From: Planctomycetota bacterium
GTDB taxonomy: Bacteria; Planctomycetota; UBA8108; SXIK01
Assembly: GCA_965223265.1 (NCBI GenBank)
Contig: OZ244999.1
Coordinates: 7,488,001-7,552,000 of the forward strand
Reading direction: 5' to 3'
DNA length: 64,000 nt
In this document: piece by piece, positions 8,707 to 18,830 of the stretch
Position numbering within the stretch: position 1 is the first letter of the stretch
Layout of the letters: every line of letters begins with the position of its first letter
Made by a program: the position numbers and the translations under genes
Notes under the pieces: generated by a model
Database searches by the model: none
The model's input: the letters and a program-made list of their open reading frames with translations, nothing else
Told to the model about the DNA's origin: nothing

Positions 8707-10848
8707 ATGCAAGTCACGCCGTGGTTCGCCGCTTTCGGAAACACAGCGCGCCTGTGTTTGCTTTCCTGGTGTGTTGCAGCGCAGATCGGAGCGACGGAAG
8801 CGTCTGCAGGTCGTCACTTCTGGGCGTTCCGGCCGCCTGCCGACCCCGAGCTCCCACTGGTGAACGACGCGTCGTGGCCGACGACGCCTCTCGATCGCTT
8901 CGTTCTCGCTAAGCTCGAAGAGCACGGGATCAAACCAGCACCGCGAGCAGATAAACAAACGCTGATCCGTCGCGCCACGTTCGACCTCACCGGCTTGCCT
9001 CCGGTGCCCAGTGATGTCGCATCGTTCCTCGCCGACGACGCACCGGATGCGTTTGCAAAAGTCGTCGATCGCCTCCTCGCCTCACCACGCTACGGCGAGC
9101 GCTGGGGACGCCACTGGCTTGACGTTGCTCGCTACGCTGATTCGAACGGACTCGACGAAAACGCCGCCTACGGCAACGCCTGGCGTTATCGCAACTACGT
9201 GATCCTCGCCTTCAGCGCCGATCGTCCGTACGACCGATTCGTGACGGAGCAACTTGCGGGCGACCTCCTCGCCAGTTCGGGTAGCGACGACGTCACGAAC
9301 GAGCGACTCATCGCCACGGGGTTTCTCGCGCTGGGTCCCAAATTCCTCGCCGAGAAAGATCCTCAGAAGATGGAGATGGACATCATCGACGAGCAGATCG
9401 ACACGTTTGGACGTGCCTTCATGGGACTCACGCTTGGCTGCGCGCGCTGTCACGATCACAAGTTCGATCCAATCCTCACAGAGGACTACTACGGTCTCGC
9501 TGGCATTTTCAAAAGCACGCGCACGATGGAACACTTCATTAAATTCGCGCGTTGGCATGAGAATCCACTCCACAGCGACGTCAACCGAGCGGCGCAGCGG
9601 GAACACCAGCGCCAGCTTAGGGAGATCGAGAACCAGATCGAGGATGTCGTGCAAGCGGCGAACGCGGCGTTGACGCAAGACGGCGCACGGCTACCGCAGA
9701 GTCCTGAGCGTGCGTACTCAAAAGAAACACGCTCCAAGCTCAACCAACTGCGCGCGGCGCAGAAGGAGCTGAAGGAGACTTCGCCTGTGACGACGGCCTT
9801 GGGCGCGACCGAACGCGACGTCGTCGACGTGGCAATTCACCAAGGTGGCAGTCACTTGCGTCTCGGTAGGACGGTGCCGCGACGCTTCCCCCGTGTGCTC
9901 GCCGGAGAAAATCAAGCACGCTTCGACCCAAGGGCGAGCGGGCGATTGCGCCTCGCGCGTTGGCTGACGGACGGAAAACATCCACTGACAGCGCGGGTCA
10001 TGGTGAACCGGCTTTGGCGCTGGCACTTCGGCCATGGACTCGTGCGCTCGACGGGCAACTTTGGCAGGCTCGGTGAACCTCCGAGCAACCAGGCGCTTCT
10101 CGACTGGCTCGCCGTCCGCTTCGTGGAGCACGGCTGGTCGCTGAAGGCGATGCACCGCATGATCATGCTTTCGGCTACGTTCCAGATGAGCGACCACCAC
10201 GACGACAAGGCCGCAGCGCTCGATCCCGAAAACCGCCTCCACTGGCGGGCGAACGTCCGGCGCCTTGAAGCGGAAGCGATTCGCGACTCCTTGCTGGCGG
10301 TCGGTGGCCTCCTCGAGCACCGTATGGGCGAGTCGATCCTCAAGGTGAAGAATCGCGAGCATGTCTTTCACATCAACACCAAGGATGAGACGAGCTACGA
10401 TAGCTCTCTGCGCTCAGTCTACCTGCCGGTGATTCGTAACCATCTCTACGACGTCTTCAGCCTCTTCGATTACACCGATGCGAGCGTCATCAACGGCGAC
10501 CGCGCGACGACGACGATCGCACCGCAAGCGCTTTTTCTGATGAATAGCGAACTCGTGCGCAAGGTGACGGGGGCGCTAGCAGCACGAGCTCTCGCCGCGC
10601 GCAGCGTTAGAAAGACCGATGCAGGGTCGGCTGGCGACGTGGACGATGAACGCGTCCACAGACTTTATCAGCTCGCCTACAGCCGCGACGCGACCATGGA
10701 TGAAATCACCCGCGCTCGAGAACTTCTCAACGCTTTCAATCGCGAGCTCCCGGCAAACACCGCCGGTGAAGAGGAGAGACAGCAGCGAGCCTGGCAGCTC
10801 CTGGCGCAGATCATCGTCGCCGCCAATGAGTTCATCTACGTGCGGTAG
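8707..10848 (+). CDS. DUF1549/DUF1553 (PSD1/PSCyt2) domain protein
   Basis: LIRRATFDLTGLPP, YGERWGRHWLDVARYADSNG, GCARCHDHKFDP, ARVMVNRLWRWHFG, RRLEAEAIRD, PQALFLMN. Confidence 0.92.
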   Translation: MQVTPWFAAFGNTARLCLLSWCVAAQIGATEASAGRHFWAFRPPADPELPLVNDASWPTTPLDRFVLAKLEEHGIKPAPRADKQTLIRRATFDLTGLPPVPSDVASFLADDAPDAFAKVVDRLLASPRYGERWGRHWLDVARYADSNGLDENAAYGNAWRYRNYVILAFSADRPYDRFVTEQLAGDLLASSGSDDVTNERLIATGFLALGPKFLAEKDPQKMEMDIIDEQIDTFGRAFMGLTLGCARCHDHKFDPILTEDYYGLAGIFKSTRTMEHFIKFARWHENPLHSDVNRAAQREHQRQLREIENQIEDVVQAANAALTQDGARLPQSPERAYSKETRSKLNQLRAAQKELKETSPVTTALGATERDVVDVAIHQGGSHLRLGRTVPRRFPRVLAGENQARFDPRASGRLRLARWLTDGKHPLTARVMVNRLWRWHFGHGLVRSTGNFGRLGEPPSNQALLDWLAVRFVEHGWSLKAMHRMIMLSATFQMSDHHDDKAAALDPENRLHWRANVRRLEAEAIRDSLLAVGGLLEHRMGESILKVKNREHVFHINTKDETSYDSSLRSVYLPVIRNHLYDVFSLFDYTDASVINGDRATTTIAPQALFLMNSELVRKVTGALAARALAARSVRKTDAGSAGDVDDERVHRLYQLAYSRDATMDEITRARELLNAFNRELPANTAGEEERQQRAWQLLAQIIVAANEFIYVR

Positions 10849-10854
10849 TCAACC

Positions 10855-12294
10855 TTGAGGAAGAAAGTGACTCCGGAATCACCCTCGCGACGCGCAGTTC
10901 TCCGTTCGAGCGCCCTCGGCTTTGGCCAGCTGGCGCTCGCGACGTTGCTGCGGGACGAGCGCGCTTTCGGTGCGCAGCCGATTCTCCGTGACGCGCTTGA
11001 GGGAAGCCGCACACACTTCGCGTCGCGCGCCAAGAGAATCATCTTCCTCTTCATGCTCGGCGGGCCGTCGCACCTCGACACGTTCGACTACAAACCGCGA
11101 CTCGAGCGCGACCACGGCAAGCCGCTGCCGTTTCCCAAGTTACGGATCAAGTTCGATGGCACGGGAAACCTTCTGCGCTCGCCGTGGGAGTTTCGCCGCC
11201 ACGGCGCGAGCGGTCTCCTCGTCAGCGAGCTCTTTCCGCACGTCGCGCGTCACATCGACGATCTCTGCATCATCCGCTCAATGCATGGAACGAACGTGGC
11301 GCACGGAGCGGCGGTCCTCAAACTGCACACCGGAAGCGACACGTTCGTGCGCCCGAGCATGGGATCGTGGATCCTCTACGGCCTCGGCACGGAGAACCAT
11401 AACCTGCCTGGATTCATCACGATTTCTCCAACGCTCGGCTACGGCGGCGTCAAGAACTGGAGCTCGGCGTTCCTGCCGGCGCCGCACCAAGGGACGCCTC
11501 TCGGCAGCACAGGCGTTCCGGCGCGCGAAGCGAAAGTACGCTACTTAGACAGTTCCGAGACGCCGCGCAGCGTCCAGCGACTGCAGCTCGACGCGTTGCG
11601 CCAGGTCAACCAGGAACACCAGCGCCGCGGTGGACCGAACTCGGCGCTGGAGCGCCGCATCGAGTCGTTCGAGCTGGCATTTCGTATGCAAACGAAGATG
11701 CCAGAGATCCAGAGCATAACGGGCGAAAGCAGCGCGACACGAAAACTCTACGGTCTGGACGATCCCGTGACGGCCGACTTCGGCCACCAGTGTCTTCTCG
11801 CGCGGCGCTTCGCCGAACGCGGCGTGAGATTCGTTCAGGTGACGCACAGCTCCGGACCGACCTGGGATCAGCACTACGAGATTCGCAAGGGACACGCCGA
11901 CAACGCCCGAGCAGTGGATCGGCCGATCGCTGGACTGCTCGCAGACCTGAAGTCGCGCGGCCTCCTCGAGGAAACGCTCGTGATCTGGGGCGGCGAGTTT
12001 GGGCGCACGCCGACGGTGCAGGGGCCCTATGGCCAGAGAGCGGGTCGCGACCACAACCCCGGCGGTTTCACGATTTGGCTTGCCGGGGGTGGCGTCAAAG
12101 GCGGCATCGCGTATGGCGAGACCGACGAATACGGTTACTACGCCGTTGAGAACAAAGTACACCTCCACGACCTGCACGCGACGATCCTCCACCTCCTCGG
12201 ACTCGACCACACGCGGCTGACCTACAGCTATGCCGGTCGGCAATTCCGGTTGACGGATATACACGGTGAGGTGGTCACGGGGATCCTGGCGTAG
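10855..12294 (+). CDS. DUF1501 domain protein (Tat-exported, sulfatase-like fold)
   Basis: SRRAVL Tat motif; FLFMLGGPSHLDTFD, QCLLARR, WGGEFGRTP, GRDHNP, DLHATILHLLG; usual partner of DUF1553. Confidence 0.92.
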   Translation: MRKKVTPESPSRRAVLRSSALGFGQLALATLLRDERAFGAQPILRDALEGSRTHFASRAKRIIFLFMLGGPSHLDTFDYKPRLERDHGKPLPFPKLRIKFDGTGNLLRSPWEFRRHGASGLLVSELFPHVARHIDDLCIIRSMHGTNVAHGAAVLKLHTGSDTFVRPSMGSWILYGLGTENHNLPGFITISPTLGYGGVKNWSSAFLPAPHQGTPLGSTGVPAREAKVRYLDSSETPRSVQRLQLDALRQVNQEHQRRGGPNSALERRIESFELAFRMQTKMPEIQSITGESSATRKLYGLDDPVTADFGHQCLLARRFAERGVRFVQVTHSSGPTWDQHYEIRKGHADNARAVDRPIAGLLADLKSRGLLEETLVIWGGEFGRTPTVQGPYGQRAGRDHNPGGFTIWLAGGGVKGGIAYGETDEYGYYAVENKVHLHDLHATILHLLGLDHTRLTYSYAGRQFRLTDIHGEVVTGILA

Positions 12295-12439
12295 CGTTAG
12301 CCGTCTGTTACAAAAAGGTGAGATCGGACAAAAAAGGCTGATCCATTTCGCGTCGAGGTTCCCCCGTGTATCGTGGAGTCCTGCATCGCTCGCCGCGTTG
12401 AGGGAAGGTTTGCACAAAGAGCATAGGCCAGCCTGCACC

Positions 12440-15400
12440 ATGCATCGGATCCAACCGCTTTCTGGCGCCGTCCTTCTCGTCCACCTCCTGATTCTCCCCA
12501 ACGCGCCCATCAGCGCTGCGCCCCCGGAACTGATCTACCAGGGGTCGGGGGTCACGGGACTCACTGGCAACGACCACTCCCTGCTGGTCGCGCTCCGCGG
12601 CAACAGTCCGGAAACGTGCGCCCTCGATCCGAGCCAGAAGAACGCCGTCCTCGTCTCGATCTCACTCAACACACTCAACGTCGCCGTCTTGCGCAAACAG
12701 TGTAGCGCTGCGCGGAACTCTCTCGTTGCCACGAACACGCATCTCTATTTTCGGGAGTCCGACGGCTCCATTCGCCGGATGGCCGTCGGTGGCGGCCCCA
12801 CCGAGATCCTTGCTCCCACACCGACCGGTGGAAGCAGCCTGGCTCTTGACGGCACCCACGTCTATTGGGGGCGAGGCGATGGTGGAACGAATTTCATCCA
12901 CCGCGTACTCGCCAGCGGTGGCGTCGTCGAGACGGTCGCTTCCTTTGCGGATGACGGCCACACGATTCGGCAGATCCAGGTCGACGGTACGCATATCTAC
13001 TGGGCCGAGGGAACCGTTGGCTCCGGCGCGATCAAACGCTTGGCCAAAGGCGGCGGCGCCCCACAGACGCTCGCGAGTCCCGCGAGCGATGTGAACAACG
13101 CGGCCGTCCTCGCTCTCGACGGTGGCTTCATATACTTCGGCGAACTCGCGACCGGACGCGTGCGCCGAGTACCGACCGGTGGCGGTCCGATCTTCGACTT
13201 CGTCACGGATTTCGATCCCGACTACATGGTCGAGTCCATCGCCGTGCGTGATGCGCATTTGATCTGGGCCGACACGACAGGCGGTTTCGATGGTCGCCTG
13301 AGACGCGGCGACAAGGGCGGCGGCGCAGTCGGCGATGCGGAAGTGACGAATCTGAGCATGCTCGCCGCGGCACCCGGGAATGTTTTCCTGACGCCGACCC
13401 ATGTCTACTGGAGTGAAGGTTCGCAGGTGTTCCGTCAGGAGATCGGCGCCGCTGGTCTCGCGGTCGACCTGACGGTGCGTGAGTTGGAGGTTACGCAAGG
13501 GCTTCAGGACCTTCCAGACGGCAGCGCCGGCACCGTGCCGCTTTTTGAGGACAAAGTGACGTGGGTGCGCGTCTACCCAGAAGTCGACTTTGAGGTAGAG
13601 GCGGTAAACGTGCATCAGAATGACGTGACGTTGAATCTACGCGGATTCCGTGATGGAGGCGAGCTGCCCGGGTCGCCACTTTTTCCCACGACGGAGTCTG
13701 TAGACGTCCGCAAGGGTCGCTTCGGACGCGACGCTTTGGACCTGACGTTCAACTTTCTGTTGCCGGCGTCATGGATTCGCGGGGACGTCTTGCTGCGCGC
13801 GGAGATCAATCCCGGCGCCGCGATCCCGGAGTCCGACCACGACAACAACGTCTTCGAGCAAACCGTGAGCTTCGACGACCCCGACCCGCTCTGTCTCGTC
13901 CTCGTGCCTGTCCGCACCGCCGAGCCAGCGCCGAGCATCCACGACGGGTTCATGGCCGACATCGTGGGGCTGCTGCACGTGTTGTGGCCAGCCGGACGTA
14001 TTCACCGCGGTCATTACTCTGAGATCAAGGAAGGGACGGGCGGCTACGAGCTCGACGACGACGGCAGCAAGATCCTAAACAAGCTCGAGTGGATCGAATT
14101 CTGGGCGATCTTCCCGGACGACTGGTGCGAGAACGACACCGGCCGGACCCACTTCGTCGGCGTCGTCGAGCCTCAGGATGCCGGCTTCCTCGGACTCGCC
14201 CGCCTGGGGGCGAATGTCGCCTGGATTCAAAAACTGATCGGAACGCCGGACTTGAGCATGTCGCGTATGGAGTACTACGAAGAAAACTTCGGCGAATCGA
14301 TCCTGTGGCCAAACGTGCCCATGGCGGGATCCGTGCTGGCCCAGGAGCTGGCGCACAATCTGGATCGTCGACATGTCGACTGCGGCAACCCCGAAGACAT
14401 CGACAACAACTATCCATACGACCCATGCCGCATCTCCGATGAAACACCGCGCGGCTTCTGGGGGTTCGACCACCGACTCTTCGCGAGCCTCTACCACTCG
14501 CAATGGACACTCGTCTCGCCGCTGATGCGGGCGCGCGACTTCCTGAGTTACAGCGCTCCGTTTTGGGTGTCGGACTACACCTACGGCGCGATCCTCGACG
14601 AAAACGACGGCGGCGGAGGCAGCCACGCGGCATTCGCGGAGACGGACGACCTCTTGATCGTCAGCGCCCTTATCCACGCCGACGAGACCGCGGCGCAGTT
14701 CGAAAAGCTGCACCAATTGCCTGGCAGCTTCTTTGGCGCCAAGGGACTGCCAAAGCTCGACAGCTTCTACGACGAACTCGTGCGTCCGGGCGGCAGGTGG
14801 GAGCTCGAACTGCGGGGTGCAGGTCAGGTGGTCCTCGACACGATCGCGTTCGAACCGCTGGCCGCTGCGAGCGAAGATCACCACGAGAACTCGTTCATTC
14901 TGCCGGTGCGGTCAGTCCCCGGAACGGAAAGCATCGTCCTCACGAAACAAGGCGTAGAGATGGACACACGGGCGGCGAGCCTGGAAGCGCCGGTGGTCGA
15001 TCTGATCCAGCCGGACGGCGGCGAGGCGTTCGGCGAACTCTTCGACATCGAATGGACGTCGAGCGACGACGATGGCGACACCGTCACCCACGATATCTTC
15101 TACAGCCCCGATAACGGCTCCACGTGGTGCGTCCTGGCGCAAGATATCGACGGCACGACGTTCACGCTAGACCGCCGCGACGCAGTCGCCGGCAGTACCA
15201 AGGCGCTCGTGCGAGTCGTCGCGACGGATGGTTTCTGGTCGGCCACCGACGAATCGACGCGCCCGTTTACTGTCGACTTCCGCCCGCCGACGGCTTACAT
15301 CACGCGTCCGCGACCGAGCGAAGTCCTAGACCTTGCACAGGACGTCGTACTGCGCGGCGGCGCCACCGATCCCGAGGACGGATCGCTGACCGCGGTCGCC

Positions 15401-17101
15401 GCGCTCTCCTGGTTCGTCGACGGTCAACCTGTGGGACAGGGACCTACCGTCACGGTGTCAGGACTCGCGCGCGGCGAGCACCGAGCCACGCTGCGCGCCG
15501 TCGATAGCCACGGCGGCGCCGACACTGTCGAAGTGGACTTCGTCCTCGCCGAGCGCTACTGCACGCTTTTGAGTCGGCGTCTCCAAATTGTCTTTGTGGT
15601 TGAAAACTCATCGCTCATGGACGTGCAGGACGCTGTGCTCTGCCGACGCCTGCCACTCGTCATGGACGCACTCGCAACGCTGGAGCTCGAAGTCGAAAGT
15701 GAAGTCGTCAGCATCCTCGGCGCGAGCGATTGCTCGGTACGCACCGTCGCTGAGATCGACGCCGCGACCCAGGTAGCGGCGGAATCAGACTGGCCACAGG
15801 CGATCGTCAGCCTGGCGCGGACGTACGAGTGGAGTGACGATGCAACGCGACTCATCGTTCCCGTGGTTCTGCAGCCGCCCCTGAGCGCGACGGCCGGGTC
15901 GGGCGATCCGATCGCTGCGGCGGCAGACGAGGCGCGCGCCGCGTCGGTGGCGGTCGCGCCTTGGTTGCCGCTCGGGAGTGACGGGTCCGCCGATCCCACC
16001 GTGGAGCGACTCGCAGCGCGCCTCGCCGAGAGAACCGGCGGACGCGGCCTCGATTGGAACGCGGACGACTTTGACGTCGCGCTCGATCTCCTGGCGCACA
16101 AGGCGCGCCTCGGGTGCCGGCCCGAGGTCGCAGGCTTCGTGCCGACTGACCCGGTGCTGCCCGGGGAGACACTCGTGATTTTCGGCGACCATCTCAACCC
16201 CGGAGTCTGCGTCGAATTCGGTGGTGAGCCGGCCACTGTCGTCGACTCGGCGCCGGACGGCAGTTGGGTCTCCTTCAGCGTACCACCCGAGGTCGATCCG
16301 GGCGCTGTTCACACCGTCCGTGTCAAACGCCCCGGCAGTGGCTCGACGGCGGTTCCAGACTTCATCGCAGCGGTCGACCCGTCGCGCACGGCTGTCGATC
16401 GCGCAGTGACGGCGCTGCGCTTCAATGGGGAGGGCGGAGCAGCGCCGGAAGTCGAACTCACCGTCGAGTGGAGCGCCGCGGTCATCGCCGAGGGCCGAAG
16501 CCTGGTGGACTGGAGCACGGAGCTGACCGTGTCGGTGAACGGCCAGGATGTCGCCACCGACATCCACGTCGCTGACTACGTCGGCTTCGGCGGCGAGTGC
16601 GACGGAGGGGAGCAGTGCTCCGGTGAGTGTCCTCCCGGCTATACCTGCTCGAATAGCGGCACCCTGGGCTGCGCGTGCCAGCGGCACCTCACCACAACTT
16701 TCTTTCTGCCGCTCGCAGACGGCGACGAGGTGCGCGTGGTCCTGGCGCCCGCGGCGGACTCGTTTGCCGACAGCGACGCGACAAACGATGCCCTCACCGC
16801 CGTCTTCGGCGAACAGGGTCTACCCTTTCTGCGCGGTGACGCGAACGACGACGCGACCGTAGATATCTCCGACGCGATCTTCACGCTCGGCGCGCTCTTT
16901 GGGGGCGTCGGTGGGATAAGCTGCGAGGACGCCGGCGACTCAAACGACGACGGCACCGTCGACATTTCGGACCCCATCAACAGCCTCAATGTCCTCTTCG
17001 TCGGCGTTGGAACGATTCCGTCTCCGGGAATCACCGACTGCGGCGTTGATCCTACGGCTGACGATGGGATCGGCTGCGCGGCCTACGCGTCGTGTCCTTA
17101 G
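12440..17101 (+). CDS. Large secreted modular protein: beta-propeller + M66-like metallopeptidase-like domain + Ig/PKD + vWA-like + IPT/TIG + C-terminal dockerin-like domain
   Basis: Signal peptide from ATG 12440; LALDGTHVYW repeats; LEVTQG; LAQELAHNLDRRHVDCG; GGATDPEDG; C-terminal FLRGDANDDATVDISDAIFTLGALF...CEDAGDSNDDGTVDISD. Confidence 0.7.
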   Translation: MHRIQPLSGAVLLVHLLILPNAPISAAPPELIYQGSGVTGLTGNDHSLLVALRGNSPETCALDPSQKNAVLVSISLNTLNVAVLRKQCSAARNSLVATNTHLYFRESDGSIRRMAVGGGPTEILAPTPTGGSSLALDGTHVYWGRGDGGTNFIHRVLASGGVVETVASFADDGHTIRQIQVDGTHIYWAEGTVGSGAIKRLAKGGGAPQTLASPASDVNNAAVLALDGGFIYFGELATGRVRRVPTGGGPIFDFVTDFDPDYMVESIAVRDAHLIWADTTGGFDGRLRRGDKGGGAVGDAEVTNLSMLAAAPGNVFLTPTHVYWSEGSQVFRQEIGAAGLAVDLTVRELEVTQGLQDLPDGSAGTVPLFEDKVTWVRVYPEVDFEVEAVNVHQNDVTLNLRGFRDGGELPGSPLFPTTESVDVRKGRFGRDALDLTFNFLLPASWIRGDVLLRAEINPGAAIPESDHDNNVFEQTVSFDDPDPLCLVLVPVRTAEPAPSIHDGFMADIVGLLHVLWPAGRIHRGHYSEIKEGTGGYELDDDGSKILNKLEWIEFWAIFPDDWCENDTGRTHFVGVVEPQDAGFLGLARLGANVAWIQKLIGTPDLSMSRMEYYEENFGESILWPNVPMAGSVLAQELAHNLDRRHVDCGNPEDIDNNYPYDPCRISDETPRGFWGFDHRLFASLYHSQWTLVSPLMRARDFLSYSAPFWVSDYTYGAILDENDGGGGSHAAFAETDDLLIVSALIHADETAAQFEKLHQLPGSFFGAKGLPKLDSFYDELVRPGGRWELELRGAGQVVLDTIAFEPLAAASEDHHENSFILPVRSVPGTESIVLTKQGVEMDTRAASLEAPVVDLIQPDGGEAFGELFDIEWTSSDDDGDTVTHDIFYSPDNGSTWCVLAQDIDGTTFTLDRRDAVAGSTKALVRVVATDGFWSATDESTRPFTVDFRPPTAYITRPRPSEVLDLAQDVVLRGGATDPEDGSLTAVAALSWFVDGQPVGQGPTVTVSGLARGEHRATLRAVDSHGGADTVEVDFVLAERYCTLLSRRLQIVFVVENSSLMDVQDAVLCRRLPLVMDALATLELEVESEVVSILGASDCSVRTVAEIDAATQVAAESDWPQAIVSLARTYEWSDDATRLIVPVVLQPPLSATAGSGDPIAAAADEARAASVAVAPWLPLGSDGSADPTVERLAARLAERTGGRGLDWNADDFDVALDLLAHKARLGCRPEVAGFVPTDPVLPGETLVIFGDHLNPGVCVEFGGEPATVVDSAPDGSWVSFSVPPEVDPGAVHTVRVKRPGSGSTAVPDFIAAVDPSRTAVDRAVTALRFNGEGGAAPEVELTVEWSAAVIAEGRSLVDWSTELTVSVNGQDVATDIHVADYVGFGGECDGGEQCSGECPPGYTCSNSGTLGCACQRHLTTTFFLPLADGDEVRVVLAPAADSFADSDATNDALTAVFGEQGLPFLRGDANDDATVDISDAIFTLGALFGGVGGISCEDAGDSNDDGTVDISDPINSLNVLFVGVGTIPSPGITDCGVDPTADDGIGCAAYASCP

Positions 17102-17347
17102 CCCTCGATTCGGGCACGAGCCCATGTTGTCGACACCGACGCCTTTACGCCTTTGAGCGAGTCTCGTACCGGACTGGCTTGTCGAACCTACTGTGGACCG
17201 AGAGTCGCGACCGAGGCGAGTCCGATCTCGTCCTGAACAAGGTAAGTTCACAGAAGAGGGTCAAGAGAAGACCGTGCATCCGTTATCATGCTTCAGTCTT
17301 GCCGGCAAAGCCCCTGACATGAAGTCACCCGCGGCGAACAAGAGACC

Positions 17348-18625
17348 ATGATGAATCCTCTTCCTCGCTTCCTCCCTTCTTCGATCTCTCAGATCGCGAT
17401 GGCTACCGCGCTCGCACTGACTCCGATCGCGTCGACCGCCTCGGACGCGAACGCGGTCGCAAGGCTCGAACTCCGCCGCGGCGATCGGATCGTTTTCGTC
17501 GGCAACACGTTCGGCGAACGATTCGTCCAGGCCGGCTACTTCGAGACGCTACTCGCCGCGCACCTGCCCGAGAAGTTCCTGACGCTGCGCAACTTGTCGT
17601 GGTCGGGTGATACGCTCGACATCCGACTGCGCCCGCTCAACTTCGGCGACCAGCACACGCACTTAGAGCAGCAAGAAGCCGACGTGATCTTTCTCTGCTA
17701 CGGCATGAATGAATCCTACGCCGGCGAGCCACGTCTCGCTGCGTTCTCGAAAGCGCTGAGCTCGCTGATCGATTCACTGCGCGCACACAACTACAACGGT
17801 GAGTCGCCGCCGAGGTTGGTGCTCGTCTCACCGATTCCGCACGAGAACCTCGGCGGACTGTTTCCCGATCCCGCGCCGCACAATGACAATCTGCGGGTCT
17901 ATACGAAAGCCATGCACGAAGTTGGCACCGACAAGCGAGTGCCGGTCGTGGATCTCTTCACACCGCTCGCGAAGGAGATGAAGGCAAGCGTTCGGCGACT
18001 CACGATCAATGGCATCCATCTGAACGACTATGGCAACTGGGTTGCGGCGCTCGCCGCGCTCGACCAGCTCGGCATCGCGCCATCGCCGGCGCGCGTGCGG
18101 ATCGATGCGCGCAGCGCCACCGTCGAAGCAAAGGCTGGCAGCGCGGAAAAGCTCAACACGGCGCGCGATTTCGTCCGCTTCGACCTACGCGAGGAGAGGC
18201 TTCCCGCCCCGCCACCGCCACCCGGTGCGGCGCCGCCGGTGCACCTCCTGGCGCGCCACCCCGAGCTAACGGTCGTCGGCCTGCTCCCCGGTCGCTACGC
18301 TCTGCGCATCGACGACCGCGAGGTGTGGACCGCCGAGCACACCGAGTGGGCCCAGGGTCTGCGACTCACGTCAGGCCCAGCCGCGGAAAACACGGAGGAG
18401 CTGCGAAAGGTCGTCCGCAGCAAGAACCGGCAGTTCTTCTACCGCTACCGTGCCGTCAACGGCGAGTACATCTACGGCCGGCGCAAGGAGCCTTTCGGCG
18501 TCGTGTCGTTCCCTCCCGAGATGGAAAAGCTCGATCGCATCGTCGACGATCACGACCGCATCATCTGGGACCTCTCGGGGCCAATCCGAGGTCACACGTT
18601 CGAGCTAGTGCGGGTGTCGAAGTGA
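17348..18625 (+). CDS. SGNH/GDSL hydrolase family protein, secreted
   Basis: IVFVGNTF, RNLSWSGD, CYGMNES, TINGIHLNDYG blocks. Confidence 0.8.
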   Translation: MMNPLPRFLPSSISQIAMATALALTPIASTASDANAVARLELRRGDRIVFVGNTFGERFVQAGYFETLLAAHLPEKFLTLRNLSWSGDTLDIRLRPLNFGDQHTHLEQQEADVIFLCYGMNESYAGEPRLAAFSKALSSLIDSLRAHNYNGESPPRLVLVSPIPHENLGGLFPDPAPHNDNLRVYTKAMHEVGTDKRVPVVDLFTPLAKEMKASVRRLTINGIHLNDYGNWVAALAALDQLGIAPSPARVRIDARSATVEAKAGSAEKLNTARDFVRFDLREERLPAPPPPPGAAPPVHLLARHPELTVVGLLPGRYALRIDDREVWTAEHTEWAQGLRLTSGPAAENTEELRKVVRSKNRQFFYRYRAVNGEYIYGRRKEPFGVVSFPPEMEKLDRIVDDHDRIIWDLSGPIRGHTFELVRVSK

Positions 18626-18830
18626 CGCGCTAGACATTCTTGCTACGTTCTGCAACACGATTCGTGCGAGCCGCAGAGGTGTGACGTATCGTTGCAGGTA
18701 GGTAGGTGTCGAGCGCGGACGGGGGACGCGAAGCGGAAGGTCTGTGCAGACACATTGCCGACTCTCGCAGTTTTGCTGTCTCCCATCGCGCCGTGAGCAT
18801 GTTTTCCGGCTGATTCAAGGGAGTCCACCG

